From Bilabrum cf. latius (Eukaryota): 64,000 nt of DNA. Every line of letters starts with the position of its first letter. Position 1 is the stretch's first letter. Positions 1 through 15,000 of the stretch are shown piece after piece. The notes under the pieces are model-generated. The model was not told where the DNA came from. It saw nothing but the letters and a program-made list of their open reading frames with translations, and made no database searches. The translations under genes and the position numbers were made by a program. Location of the stretch: contig OZ237749.1 of the NCBI GenBank assembly GCA_965178125.1, positions 806,001-870,000 of the forward strand, given 5' to 3'.

Positions 1-1
1 A

Positions 2-3000
2 AGGCCGACTGCACCGCTGGTTGCGGAGTGGGCTGGAGTGTCGCCTGCAAACAACGAATACGTTGTGTCTATATCGGGCGAGGGCACGCCGAACACATTC
101 ACCTACTCCGTGAACGGAGCACCAGTGGGTACGGACCACGACATCGTTAGCTACAGCAATGGCAACACAGAGATTGGCACTCTTCGCTTGCGCTTCTACA
201 GCACTACTGGATTCAAGATAGGGTAGCGATGGAAGATTTCTCTGTCAAACAAAGGCGAGGTGTCTCTGCAATCGGACGGAGCCACCACTCCGTACTCCAC
301 ATCGAAAGAGCTGGTGGTCCAGTACGAAGGCACGGTCATGTCTTCGGCAAGCAGTAGCATTTATCACGTTGTTGTGGATTCTGTTGATGGGAGTTCTACC
401 TCTGGCGCAACCTTTTCGTACAGCAGGAACGGAGCAAGTTTTTCGGCAGGGGTTGGCTCTGGCGAGGCGGGTCAGGATATCGTCGCTGCAGGCAGCTCAG
501 CTTCCAATACCGAGTTGGGTAACGGACTAAAATTACTCTTTGCGGGAACACAGACCTATGCAGTTGGTCAAGCGTGGCAAATCGACGTAGGAAAACCATC
601 GGTGATTGTGTCAGCTAGCCCGACCTTTCAGGAGTTCAAGATGTGCGCTGGCAGAGGTCTGTGCGCTCCCGCCACTGGGCAATGTACCTGTTTTTCTGGC
701 TATGCTGGTTCAGACTGTTCGACCATATCGAGCGCAACCGAGACAACGAACCGTAATCCAGGCCATCTAGTGAGCGTGACTGAATCCACCTACACGGGGA
801 CAGTACTGGAGCTGAGCACGCAGAAGCCAGCTGCACCCGATTTCTACTTCATCCGCGCCTTGGCCAACGGCAAGCAGAAATTTGGAGTCAAGGGCAATGG
901 AGAAGTAGAATTTGAAGTTTTCACTGCCAACAAAGCCTAGCTTACTGGAGGTGCTACGGTTTCAGGTGGTGGCATCCAGGTAACTGACTTCGGCATCACT
1001 ATTGACGACGGGGGATTGCAGATTGACGACGGCGGTGCCAGCCTGTTCTCGAAAGCGGACAGAGTGAACACCCACATCATGTCAACAGTGCTCTCAGCAA
1101 CAGGCACTGATGGTTTCACCAATACGCTACTGAAGCTGGAGGTGGAACAGGGCTATCAAGCCTCGCCTACAACCACCAACTTCCACTTCATGCGACTGTA
1201 CGAGACCACAGTGTCGTCCGCGACACCGGCAGTGCGCACACCCACAGAGGTGTTCAATATTCGCGGTGACGGTCGTATCACCAGTCTCGCAGGAGGGGTC
1301 GAGGTCACAACCGGGGGAATCACCGTTTCGGACGGCGGGCTGAGTACCTCCACCAGTGATTCGACTGGAGTGCCACTTGAGGTTTCTCACACATCAAGTG
1401 CGTTCACCGGCTCTGCTTTTGTTGTCGATGTGCCAAATACGGCTCCCTCTTCTTCGTACAATATGATGCTGCTGCAGAGTGGCACAACCGAGCTTCTTCA
1501 GGTGCTGGGCAACGGCTAGCTACACGTGATGCAGGGAGGCATCGACGTGGATGCAGATGGCATCAACATCGATGCCGGAGGTTTGACAATCGCTGATGGT
1601 GGCGGTACCATCCACGATGGCGGTCTTGTTGTCAAGCTAGGCGGAACCACTATAGAATCGGGTGGCCTATTCGTGGACACGAATGGTGGATCAACGCTAT
1701 CAAATGATGACATCTCCGACCCAGCTGTAGTTGCTAGTGCTACTCACGCGTCATACACTGGAACCGTCCTCGACATTAGACACAATGTGGCTCAAGCAAA
1801 CGCAGACATGATTGTGGCTACAGCAGACCATGATGGTGTAGCGGATGAGGTATTCAAAGTGTACGGCAACGGTGACACATACATTGGAGTAACAGCAACA
1901 ACCCAACTTCGGCTTCAGCATGATGGCGAGATCAACATGGTCAACTCGGACTTTATTATACAAGCGGCAACGCCAGGGAAATCTGTGGAAATCGCATCTG
2001 CAGATGGATCTACAGCCAGTGGCCAAATCGTCCTCAACTCCGGTACAGCACCATCAACAGGAATCGTAAAAATAGCATCCGGCGAAGCCACCAACGGAGT
2101 CTCGGGACATGTCATCGTGCACTCGGGCACGGCCGCGTCTGGCGATGCCGGCTGGCTGGTGCTGTCGGCCGGCACCGCCACCAAGGGCGCGGCTGGAGCC
2201 GTGTCCATGTCGGCGGCATCGGCGTCGTCTGGGTCTGGCGGAGCTGTGTATGTGCAGGCCGGCACCAGCTCGGACAGCACGGCGGGCGTGGGCGGGCAGC
2301 TGTCTCTGGTGTCTGGCGGGTCGCCTGACGGGCGCGTGTCTGGCATTGTGACGGTGGCCAGCGCGGCGGGCACGGGGTTGGGCACGTCGGGCGCGGTGAC
2401 GCTGTCGAGCGGCGCAGGTGCCACCGGTGCATCGGGCGCTGTGACAGTGGAGTCAGGCAGTGCGGGGTCGGGCGGCACGGGCGCGGTATCAGTGGGGTCG
2501 GGCGCCAGCAGCAGGGCATCATCGGGCGCGGTGAGTGTGGGGTCGGGCGCGACGTCCAGCGCGGGGTCGGGAGCCGTGACCGTGGCCAGTGGCGCGGCCA
2601 CCAACGGAGTCTCGGGACATGTCATCGTGCACTCGGGCACGGCCGCGTCTGGCAATGCCGGCTGGCTGGTGCTGTCGGCCGGCACCGCCACCAAGGGCGC
2701 GGCCGGAGCCGTGTCCATGTCGGCGGCATCGGCGTCGTCTGGGTCTGGCGGAGCTGTGTATGTGCAGGCCGGCACCAGCTCGGACAGCACGGCGGGCGTG
2801 GGCGGGCAGCTGTCTCTGGTGTCTGGCGGGTCGCCTGACGGGCGCGTGTCTGGCATTGTGACGGTGGCCAGCGCGGCGGGCACGGGGTCGGGCACGTCGG
2901 GCGCGGTGACGCTGTCGAGCGGCGCAGGTGCCACCGGTGCATCGGGCGCTGTGACAGTGGAGTCAGGCAGTGCGGGGTCGGGCGGCACGGGCGCGGTGTC

Positions 3001-6000
3001 AGTGGGGTCGGGCGCCAGCAGCAGGGCATCATCGGGCGCGGTGAGTGTGGGGTCGGGCGCGACGTCCAGCGCGGGGTCGGGCGATCTGCAGCTGACGAGC
3101 GGTGATGCGGACTCCGGCACATCCGGAGCCGTGACCATGGCCAGTGGCGCGGCCACCAACGGAGTCTCGGGACATGTCATCGTGCACTCGGGCACGGCCG
3201 CGTCTGGCGATGCCGGCTGGCTGGTGCTGTCGGCCGGCACCGCCACCAAGGGCGCGGCTGGAGCCGTGTCCATGTCGGCGGCATCGGCGTCGTCTGGGTC
3301 TGGCGGAGCTGTGTATGTGCAGGCCGGCACCAGCTCGGACAGCACGGCGGGCGTGGGCGGGCAGCTGTCTCTGGTGTCTGGCGGGTCGCCTGACGGGCGC
3401 GTGTCTGGCATTGTGACGGTGGCCAGCGCGGCGGGCACGGGGTCGGGCACGTCGGGCGCGGTGACGCTGTCGAGCGGCGCAGGTGCCACCGGTGCATCGG
3501 GCGCTGTGACAGTGGAGTCAGGCAGTGCGGGGTCGGGCGGCACGGGCGCGGTATCAGTGGGGTCGGGCGCCAGCAGCAGGGCATCATCGGGCGCGGTGAG
3601 TGTGGGGTCGGGCGCGACGTCCAGCGCGGGGTCGGGCGATCTGCAGCTGACGAGCGGTGATGCGGACTCCGGCACATCCGGAGCCGTGACCATGGCCAGT
3701 GGTGCGGCCACCAACGGAGTCTCGGGACATGTCATCGTGCACTCGGGCACGGCCGCGTCTGGCGATGCCGGCTGGCTGGTGCTGTCGGCCGGCACCGCCA
3801 CCAAGGGCGCGGCCGGAGCCGTGTCCATGTCGGCGGCATCGGCGTCGTCTGGGTCTGGCGGAGCTGTGTATGTGCAGGCCGGCACCAGCTCGGACAGCAC
3901 GGCGGGCGTGGGCGGGCAGCTGTCTCTGGTGTCTGGCGGGTCGCCTGACGGGCGCGTGTCTGGCATTGTGACGGTGGCCAGCGCGGCGGGCACGGGGTCG
4001 GGCACGTCGGGCGCGGTGACGCTGTCGAGCGGCGCAGGTGCCACCGGTGCATCGGGCGCTGTGACAGTGGAGTCAGGCAGTGCGGGGTCGGGCGGCACGG
4101 GCGCGGTGTCAGTGGGGTCGGGCGCCAGCAGCAGGGCATCATCGGGCGCGGTGAGTGTGGGGTCGGGCGCGACGTCCAGCGCGGGGTCGGGAGCCGTGAC
4201 CGTGGCCAGTGGTGCGGCCACCAACGGAGTCTCGGGACACGTCATCGTGCACTCGGGCACGGCCGCGTCTGGCGATGCCGGCTGGCTGGTGCTGTCGGCC
4301 GGCACCGCCACCAAGGGCGCGGCTGGAGCCGTGTCCATGTCGGCGGCATCGGCGTCGTCAGGGTCTGGCGGAGCTGTGTATGTGCAGGCCGGCACCAGCT
4401 CGGACAGCACGGCGGGCGTGGGCGGGCAGCTGTCTCTGGTGTCTGGCGGGTCGCCTGACGGGCGCGTGTCTGGCATTGTGACGGTGGCCAGCGCGGCGGG
4501 CACGGGGTCGGGCACGTCGGGCGCGGTGACGCTGTCGAGCGGCGCAGGTGCCACCGGTGCATCGGGCGCTGTGACAGTGGAGTCAGGCAGTGCGGGGTCG
4601 GGCGGCACGGGCGCGGTATCAGTGGGGTCGGGCGCCAGCAGCAGGGCATCATCGGGCGCGGTGAGTGTAGGGTCGGGCGCGACGTCCAGCGCGGGGTCGG
4701 GAGCCGTGACCGTGGCCAGTGGCGCGGCCACCAACGGAGTCTCGGGGCATGTCATCGTGCACTCGGGCACGGCCGCGTCTGGCGATGCCGGCTGGCTGGT
4801 GCTGTCGGCCGGCACCGCCACCAAGGGCGCGGCCGGAGCCGTGTCCATGTCGGCGGCATCGGCGTCGTCTGGGTCTGGCGGAGCTGTGTATGTGCAGGCC
4901 GGCACCAGCTCGGACAGCACGGCGGGCGTGGGCGGGCAGCTGTCTCTGGTGTCTGGCGGGTCGCCTGACGGGCGCGTGTCTGGCATTGTGACGGTGGCCA
5001 GCGCGGCGGGCACGGGGTCGGGCACGTCGGGCGCGGTGACGCTGTCGAGCGGCGCAGGTGCCACCGGTGCATCGGGCGCTGTGACAGTGGAGTCAGGCAG
5101 TGCGGGGTCGGGCGGCACGGGCGCGGTGTCAGTGGGGTCGGGCGCCAGCAGCAGGGCATCATCGGGCGCGGTGAGTGTGGGTTCGGGCGCGACGTCCAGC
5201 GCGGGGTCGGGCGATCTGCAGCTGACGAGCGGTGATGCGGACTCCGGCACATCCGGCGTCGTGACCATGGCCAGTGGTGCGGCCACCAACGGAGTCTCGG
5301 GACATGTCATCGTGCACTCGGGCACGGCCGCGTCTGGCGATGCCGGCTGGCTGGTGCTGTCGGCCGGCACCGCCACCAAGGGCGCGGCTGGAGCCGTGTC
5401 CATGTCGGCGGCATCGGCGTCGTCTGGGTCTGGCGGAGCTGTGTATGTGCAGGCCGGCACCAGCTCGGACAGCACGGCGGGCGTGGGCGGGCAGCTGTCT
5501 CTGGTGTCTGGCGGGTCGCCTGACGGGCGCGTGTCTGGCATTGTGACGGTGGCCAGCGCGGCGGGCACGGGGTCGGGCACGTCGGGCGCGGTGACGCTGT
5601 CGAGCGGCGCAGGTGCCACCGGTGCATCGGGCGCTGTGACAGTGGAGTCAGGCAGTGCGGGGTCGGGCGGCACGGGCGCGGTATCAGTGGGGTCGGGCGC
5701 CAGCAGCAGGGCATCATCGGGCGCGGTGAGTGTGGGGTCGGGCGCGACGTCCAGCGCGGGGTCGGGAGCCGTGACCATGGCCAGTGGCGCGGCCACCAAC
5801 GGAGTCTCGGGACATGTCATCGTGCACTCGGGCACGGCCGCGTCTGGCGATGCCGGCTGGCTGGTGCTGTCGGCCGGCACCGCCACCAAGGGCGCGGCTG
5901 GAGCCGTGTCCATGTCGGCGGCATCGGCGTCGTCTGGGTCTGGCGGAGCTGTGTATGTGCAGGCCGGCACCAGCTCGGACAGCACGGCGGGCGTGGGCGG

Positions 6001-9000
6001 GCAGCTGTCTCTGGTGTCTGGCGGGTCGCCTGACGGGCGCGTGTCTGGCATTGTGACGGTGGCCAGCGCGGCGGGCACGGGGTCGGGCACGTCGGGCGCG
6101 GTGACGCTGTCGAGCGGCGCAGGTGCCACCGGTGCATCGGGCGCTGTGACAGTGGAGTCAGGCAGTGCGGGGTCGGGCGGCACGGGCGCGGTGTCAGTGG
6201 GGTCGGGCGCCAGCAGCAGGGCATCATCGGGCGCGGTGAGTGTGGGGTCGGGCGCGACGTCCAGCGCGGGGTCGGGAGCCGTGACCATGGCCAGTGGCGC
6301 GGCCACCAACGGAGTCTCGGGACACGTCATCGTGCACTCGGGCACGGCCGCGTCTGGCGATGCCGGCTGGCTGGTGCTGTCGGCCGGCACCGCCACCAAG
6401 GGCGCGGCCGGAGCCGTGTCCATGTCGGCGGCATCGGCGTCGTCTGGGTCTGGCGGAGCTGTGTATGTGCAGGCCGGCACCAGCTCGGACAGCACGGCGG
6501 GCGTGGGCGGGCAGCTGTCTCTGGTGTCTGGCGGGTCGCCTGACGGGCGCGTGTCTGGCATTGTGACGGTGGCCAGCGCGGCGGGCACGGGGTTGGGCAC
6601 GTCGGGCGCGGTGACGCTGTCGAGCGGCGCAGGTGCCACCGGTGCATCGGGCGCTGTGACAGTGGAGTCAGGCAGTGCGGGGTCGGGCGGCACGGGCGCG
6701 GTGTCAGTGGGGTCGGGCGCCAGCAGCAGGGCATCATCGGGCGCGGTGAGTGTGGGGTCGGGCGCGACGTCCAGCGCGGGGTCGGGCGATCTGCAGCTGA
6801 CGAGCGGTGATGCGAACTCCGGCACATCCGGCGCCGTGACCATGGCCAGTGGTGCGGCCACCAACGGAGTCTCGGGACATGTCATCGTGCACTCGGGCAC
6901 GGCCGCGTCTGGCGATGCCGGCTGGCTGGTGCTGTCGGCCGGCACCGCCACCAAGGGCGCGGCTGGAGCCGTGTCCATGTCGGCGGCATCGGCGTCGTCT
7001 GGGTCTGGCGGAGCTGTGTATGTGCAGGCCGGCACCAGCTCGGACAGCACGGCGGGCGTGGGCGGGCAGCTGTCTCTGGTGTCTGGCGGGTCGCCTGACG
7101 GGCGCGTGTCTGGCATTGTGACGGTGGCCAGCGCGGCGGGCACGGGGTCGGGCACGTCGGGCGCGGTGACGCTGTCGAGCGGCGCAGGTGCCACCGGTGC
7201 ATCGGGCGCTGTGACAGTGGAGTCAGGCAGTGCGGGGTCGGGCGGCACGGGCGCGGTATCAGTGGGGTCGGGCGCCAGCAGCAGGGCATCATCGGGCGCG
7301 GTGAGTGTGGGGTCGGGCGCGACGTCCAGCGCGGGGTCGGGTGATCTGCAGCTGACGAGCGGTGATGCGGACTCCGGCACATCCGGCGCCGTGACCATGG
7401 CCAGTGGCGCGGCCACCAACGGAGTCTCGGGACATGTCATCGTGCACTCGGGCACGGCCGCGTCTGGCGATGCCGGCTGGCTGGTGCTGTCGGCCGGCAC
7501 CGCCACCAAGGGCGCGGCTGGAGCCGTGTCCATGTCGGCGGCATCGGCGTCGTCTGGGTCTGGCGGAGCTGTGTATGTGCAGGCCGGCACCAGCTCGGAC
7601 AGCACGGCGGGCGTGGGCGGGCAGCTGTCTCTGGTGTCTGGCGGGTCGCCTGACGGGCGCGTGTCTGGCATTGTGACGGTGGCCAGCGCGGCGGGCACGG
7701 GGTCGGGCACGTCGGGCGCGGTGACGCTGTCGAGCGGCGCAGGTGCCACCGGTGCATCGGGCGCTGTGACAGTGGAGTCAGGCAGTGCGGGGTCGGGCGG
7801 CACGGGCGCGGTGTCAGTGGGGTCGGGCGCCAGCAGCAGGGCATCATCGGGCGCGGTGAGTGTAGGGTCGGGCGCGACGTCCAGCGCGGGGTCGGGAGCC
7901 GTGACCGTGGCCAGTGGCGCGGCCACCAACGGAGTCTCGGGACATGTCATCGTGCACTCGGGCACGGCCGCGTCTGGCGATGCCGGCTGGCTGGTGCTGT
8001 CGGCCGGCACCGCCACCAAGGGCGCGGCTGGAGCCGTGTCCATGTCGGCGGCATCGGCGTCGTCTGGGTCTGGCGGAGCTGTGTATGTGCAGGCCGGCAC
8101 CAGCTCGGACAGCACGGCGGGCGTGGGCGGGCAGCTGTCTCTGGTGTCTGGCGGGTCGCCTGACGGGCGCGTGTCTGGCATTGTGACGGTGGCCAGCGCG
8201 GCGGGCACGGGGTCGGGCACGTCGGGCGCGGTGACGCTGTCGAGCGGCGCAGGTGCCACCGGTGCATCGGGCGCTGTGACAGTGGAGTCAGGCAGTGCGG
8301 GGTCGGGCGGCACGGGCGCGGTATCAGTGGGGTCGGGCGCCAGCAGCAGGGCATCATCGGGCGCGGTGAGTGTGGGGTCGGGCGCGACGTCCAGCGCGGG
8401 GTCGGGCGATCTGCAGCTGACGAGCGGTGATGCGAACTCCGGCACATCTGGCGCCGTGACCATGGCCAGTGGTGCGGCCACCAACGGAGTCTCGGGACAT
8501 GTCATCGTGCACTCGGGCACGGCCGCGTCTGGCGATGCCGGCTGGCTGGTGCTGTCGGCCGGCACCGCCACCAAGGGCGCGGCCGGAGCCGTGTCCATGT
8601 CGGCGGCATCGGCGTCGTCTGGGTCTGGCGGAGCTGTGTATGTGCAGGCCGGCACCAGCTCGGACAGCACGGCGGGCGTGGGCGGGCAGCTGTCTCTGGT
8701 GTCTGGCGGGTCGCCTGACGGGCGCGTGTCTGGCATTGTGACGGTGGCCAGCGCGGCGGGCACGGGGTCGGGCACGTCGGGCGCGGTGACGCTGTCGAGC
8801 GGCGCAGGTGCCACCGGTGCATCGGGCGCTGTGACAGTGGAGTCAGGCAGTGCGGGGTCGGGCGGCACGGGCGCGGTATCAGTGGGGTCGGGCGCCAGCA
8901 GCAGGGCATCATCGGGCGCGGTGAGTGTGGGTTCGGGCGCGACGTCCAGCGCGGGGTCGGGAGCCGTGACCATGGCCAGTGGCGCGGCCACCAACGGAGT

Positions 9001-12000
9001 CTCGGGACACGTCATCGTGCACTCGGGCACGGCCGCGTCTGGCGATGCCGGCTGGCTGGTGCTGTCGGCCGGCACCGCCACCAAGGGCGCGGCTGGAGCC
9101 GTGTCCATGTCGGCGGCATCGGCGTCGTCTGGGTCTGGCGGAGCTGTGTATGTGCAGGCCGGCACCAGCTCGGACAGCACGGCGGGCGTGGGCGGGCAGC
9201 TGTCTCTGGTGTCTGGCGGGTCGCCTGACGGGCGCGTGTCTGGCATTGTGACGGTGGCCAGCGCGGCGGGCACGGGGTCGGGCACGTCGGGCGCGGTGAC
9301 GCTGTCGAGCGGCGCAGGTGCCACCGGTGCATCGGGCGCTGTGACAGTGGAGTCAGGCAGTGCGGGGTCGGGCGGCACGGGCGCGGTATCAGTGGGGTCG
9401 GGCGCCAGCAGCAGGGCATCATCGGGCGCGGTGAGTGTAGGGTCGGGCGCGACGTCCAGCGCGGGGTCGGGAGCCGTGACCGTGGCCAGTGGTGCGGCCA
9501 CCAACGGAGTCTCGGGGCATGTCATCGTGCACTCGGGCACGGCCGCGTCTGGCGATGCCGGCTGGCTGGTGCTGTCGGCCGGCACCGCCACCAAGGGCGC
9601 GGCTGGAGCCGTGTCCATGTCGGCGGCATCGGCGTCGTCTGGGTCTGGCGGAGCTGTGTATGTGCAGGCCGGCACCAGCTCGGACAGCACGGCGGGCGTG
9701 GGCGGGCAGCTGTCTCTGGTGTCTGGCGGGTCGCCTGACGGGCGCGTGTCTGGCATTGTGACGGTGGCCAGCGCGGCGGGCACGGGGTCGGGCACGTCGG
9801 GCGCGGTGACGCTGTCGAGCGGCGCAGGTGCCACCGGTGCATCGGGCGCTGTGACAGTGGAGTCAGGCAGTGCGGGGTCGGGCGGCACGGGCGCGGTGTC
9901 AGTGGGGTCGGGCGCCAGCAGCAGGGCATCATCGGGCGCGGTGAGTGTGGGGTCGGGCGCGACGTCCAGCGCGGGGTCGGGAGCCGTGACCGTGGCCAGT
10001 GGTGCGGCCACCAACGGAGTCTCGGGACATGTCATCGTGCACTCGGGCACGGCCGCGTCTGGCGATGCCGGCTGGCTGGTGCTGTCGGCCGGCACCGCCA
10101 CCAAGGGCGCGGCTGGAGCCGTGTCCATGTCGGCGGCATCGGCGTCGTCTGGGTCTGGCGGAGCTGTGTATGTGCAGGCCGGCACCAGCTCGGACAGCAC
10201 GGCGGGCGTGGGCGGGCAGCTGTCTCTGGTGTCTGGCGGGTCGCCTGACGGGCGCGTGTCTGGCATTGTGACGGTGGCCAGCGCGGCGGGCACGGGGTCG
10301 GGCACGTCGGGCGCGGTGACGCTGTCGAGCGGCGCAGGTGCCACCGGTGCATCGGGCGCTGTGACAGTGGAGTCAGGCAGTGCGGGGTCGGGCGGCACGG
10401 GCGCGGTATCAGTGGGGTCGGGCGCCAGCAGCAGGGCATCATCGGGCGCGGTGAGTGTGGGGTCGGGCGCGACGTCCAGCGCGGGGTCGGGAGCCGTGAC
10501 CGTGGCCAGTGGTGCGGCCACCAACGGAGTCTCGGGACACGTCATCGTGCACTCGGGCACGGCCGCGTCTGGCGATGCCGGCTGGCTGGTGCTGTCGGCC
10601 GGCACCGCCACCAAGGGCGCGGCTGGAGCCGTGTCCATGTCGGCGGCATCGGCGTCGTCTGGGTCTGGCGGAGCTGTGTATGTGCAGGCCGGCACCAGCT
10701 CGGACAGCACGGCGGGCGTGGGCGGGCAGCTGTCTCTGGTGTCTGGCGGGTCGCCTGACGGGCGCGTGTCTGGCATTGTGACGGTGGCCAGCGCGGCGGG
10801 CACGGGGTCGGGCACGTCGGGCGCGGTGACGCTGTCGAGCGGCGCAGGTGCCACCGGTGCATCGGGCGCTGTGACAGTGGAGTCAGGCAGTGCGGGGTCG
10901 GGCGGCACGGGCGCGGTATCAGTGGGGTCGGGCGCCAGCAGCAGGGCATCATCGGGCGCGGTGAGTGTGGGGTCGGGCGCGACGTCCAGCGCGGGGTCGG
11001 GCGATCTGCAGCTGACGAGCGGTGATGCGAACTCCGGCACATCCGGCGCCGTGACCATGGCCAGTGGCGCGGCCACCAACGGAGTCTCGGGACATGTCAT
11101 CGTGCACTCGGGCACGGCCGCGTCTGGCGATGCCGGCTGGCTGGTGCTGTCGGCCGGCACCGCCACCAAGGGCGCGGCTGGAGCCGTGTCCATGTCGGCG
11201 GCATCGGCGTCGTCTGGGTCTGGCGGAGCTGTGTATGTGCAGGCCGGCACCAGCTCGGACAGCACGGCGGGCGTGGGCGGGCAGCTGTCTCTGGTGTCTG
11301 GCGGGTCGCCTGACGGGCGCGTGTCTGGCATTGTGACGGTGGCCAGCGCGGCGGGCACGGGGTCGGGCACGTCGGGCGCGGTGACGCTGTCGAGCGGCGC
11401 AGGTGCCACCGGTGCATCGGGCGCTGTGACAGTGGAGTCAGGCAGTGCGGGGTCGGGCGGCACGGGCGCGGTATCAGTGGGGTCGGGCGCCAGCAGCAGG
11501 GCATCATCGGGCGCGGTGAGTGTAGGGTCGGGCGCGACGTCCAGCGCGGGGTCGGGAGCCGTGACCGTGGCCAGTGGTGCGGCCACCAACGGAGTCTCGG
11601 GACATGTCATCGTGCACTCGGGCACGGCCGCGTCTGGCGATGCCGGCTGGCTGGTGCTGTCGGCCGGCACCGCCACCAAGGGCGCGGCTGGAGCCGTGTC
11701 CATGTCGGCGGCATCGGCGTCGTCTGGGTCTGGCGGAGCTGTGTATGTGCAGGCCGGCACCAGCTCGGACGGCACGGCGGGCGTGGGCGGGCAGCTGTCT
11801 CTGGTGTCTGGCGGGTCGCCTGACGGGCGCGTGTCTGGCATTGTGACGGTGGCCAGCGCGGCGGGCACGGGGTCGGGCACGTCGGGCGCGGTGACGCTGT
11901 CGAGCGGCGCAGGTGCCACCGGTGCATCGGGCGCTGTGACAGTGGAGTCAGGCAGTGCGGGGTCGGGCGGCACGGGCGCGGTGTCAGTGGGGTCGGGCGC

Positions 12001-15000
12001 CAGCAGCAGGGCATCATCGGGCGCGGTGAGTGTGGGGTCGGGCGCGACGTCCAGCGCGGGGTCGGGAGCCGTGACCGTGGCCAGTGGTGCGGCCACCAAC
12101 GGAGTCTCGGGACATGTCATCGTGCACTCGGGCACGGCCGCGTCTGGCGATGCCGGCTGGCTGGTGCTGTCGGCCGGCACCGCCACCAAGGGCGCGGCTG
12201 GAGCCGTGTCCATGTCGGCGGCATCGGCGTCGTCAGGGTCTGGCGGAGCTGTGTATGTGCAGGCCGGCACCAGCTCGGACAGCACGGCGGGCGTGGGCGG
12301 GCAGCTGTCTCTGGTGTCTGGCGGGTCGCCTGACGGGCGCGTGTCTGGCATTGTGACGGTGGCCAGCGCGGCGGGCACGGGGTCGGGCACGTCGGGCGCG
12401 GTGACGCTGTCGAGCGGCGCAGGTGCCACCGGTGCATCGGGCGCTGTGACAGTGGAGTCAGGCAGTGCGGGGTCGGGCGGCACGGGCGCGGTATCAGTGG
12501 GGTCGGGCGCCAGCAGCAGGGCATCATCGGGCGCGGTGAGTGTGGGGTCGGGCGCGACGTCCAGCGCGGGGTCGGGAGCCGTGACCGTGGCCAGTGGTGC
12601 GGCCACCAACGGAGTCTCGGGGCATGTCATCGTGCACTCGGGCACGGCCGCGTCTGGCGATGCCGGCTGGCTGGTGCTGTCGGCCGGCACCGCCACCAAG
12701 GGCGCGGCCGGAGCCGTGTCCATGTCGGCGGCATCGGCGTCGTCTGGGTCTGGCGGAGCTGTGTATGTGCAGGCCGGCACCAGCTCGGACAGCACGGCGG
12801 GCGTGGGCGGGCAGCTGTCTCTGGTGTCTGGCGGGTCGCCTGACGGGCGCGTGTCTGGCATTGTGACGGTGGCCAGCGCGGCGGGCACGGGGTCGGGCAC
12901 GTCGGGCGCGGTGACGCTGTCGAGCGGCGCAGGTGCCACCGGTGCATCGGGCGCTGTGACAGTGGAGTCAGGCAGTGCGGGGTCGGGCGGCACGGGCGCG
13001 GTGTCAGTGGGGTCGGGCGCCAGCAGCAGGGCATCATCGGGCGCGGTGAGTGTGGGGTCGGGCGCGACGTCCAGCGCGGGGTCGGGTGATCTGCAGCTGA
13101 CGAGCGGTGATGCGGACTCCGGCACATCCGGCGCCGTGACCGTGGCCAGTGGCGCGGCCACCAACGGAGTCTCGGGACATGTCATCGTGCACTCGGGCAC
13201 GGCCGCGTCTGGCGATGCCGGCTGGCTGGTGCTGTCGGCCGGCACCGCCACCAAGGGCGCGGCTGGAGCCGTGTCCATGTCGGCGGCATCGGCGTCGTCT
13301 GGGTCTGGCGGAGCTGTGTATGTGCAGGCCGGCACCAGCTCGGACAGCACGGCGGGCGTGGGCGGGCAGCTGTCTCTGGTGTCTGGCGGGTCGCCTGACG
13401 GGCGCGTGTCTGGCATTGTGACGGTGGCCAGCGCGGCGGGCACGGGGTCGGGCACGTCGGGCGCGGTGACGCTGTCGAGCGGCGCAGGTGCCACCGGTGC
13501 ATCGGGCGCTGTGACAGTGGAGTCAGGCAGTGCGGGGTCGGGCGGCACGGGCGCGGTATCAGTGGGGTCGGGCGCCAGCAGCAGGGCATCATCGGGCGCG
13601 GTGAGTGTGGGGTCGGGCGCGACGTCCAGCGCGGGGTCGGGAGCCGTGACCGTGGCCAGTGGTGCGGCCACCAACGGAGTCTCGGGACATGTCATCGTGC
13701 ACTCGGGCACGGCCGCGTCTGGCGATGCCGGCTGGCTGGTGCTGTCGGCCGGCACCGCCACCAAGGGCGCGGCTGGAGCCGTGTCCATGTCGGCGGCATC
13801 GGCGTCGTCTGGGTCTGGCGGAGCTGTGTATGTGCAGGCCGGCACCAGCTCGGACAGCACGGCGGGCGTGGGCGGGCAGCTGTCTCTGGTGTCTGGCGGG
13901 TCGCCTGACGGGCGCGTGTCTGGCATTGTGACGGTGGCCAGCGCGGCGGGCACGGGGTCGGGCACGTCGGGCGCGGTGACGCTGTCGAGCGGCGCAGGTG
14001 CCACCGGTGCATCGGGCGCTGTGACAGTGGAGTCAGGCAGTGCGGGGTCGGGCGGCACGGGCGCGGTATCAGTGGGGTCGGGCGCCAGCAGCAGGGCATC
14101 ATCGGGCGCGGTGAGTGTGGGGTCGGGCGCGACGTCCAGCGCGGGGTCGGGAGCCGTGACCGTGGCCAGTGGCGCGGCCACCAACGGAGTCTCGGGACAT
14201 GTCATCGTGCACTCGGGCACGGCCGCGTCTGGCGATGCCGGCTGGCTGGTGCTGTCGGCCGGCACCGCCACCAAGGGCGCGGCTGGAGCCGTGTCCATGT
14301 CGGCGGCATCGGCGTCGTCTGGGTCTGGCGGAGCTGTGTATGTGCAGGCCGGCACCAGCTCGGACAGCACGGCGGGCGTGGGCGGGCAGCTGTCTCTGGT
14401 GTCTGGCGGGTCGCCTGACGGGCGCGTGTCTGGCATTGTGACGGTGGCCAGCGCGGCGGGCACGGGGTCGGGCACGTCGGGCGCGGTGACGCTGTCGAGC
14501 GGCGCAGGTGCCACCGGTGCATCGGGCGCTGTGACAGTGGAGTCAGGCAGTGCGGGGTCGGGCGGCACGGGCGCGGTATCAGTGGGGTCGGGCGCCAGCA
14601 GCAGGGCATCATCGGGCGCGGTGAGTGTGGGGTCGGGCGCGACGTCCAGCGCGGGGTCGGGAGCCGTGACCGTGGCCAGTGGCGCGGCCACCAACGGAGT
14701 CTCGGGACACGTCATCGTGCACTCGGGCACGGCCGCGTCTGGCGATGCCGGCTGGCTGGTGCTGTCGGCCGGCACCGCCACCAAGGGCGCGGCTGGAGCC
14801 GTGTCCATGTCGGCGGCATCGGCGTCGTCTGGGTCTGGCGGAGCTGTGTATGTGCAGGCCGGCACCAGCTCGGACAGCACGGCGGGCGTGGGCGGGCAGC
14901 TGTCTCTGGTGTCTGGCGGGTCGCCTGACGGGCGCGTGTCTGGCATTGTGACGGTGGCCAGCGCGGCGGGCACGGGGTCGGGCACGTCGGGCGCGGTGAC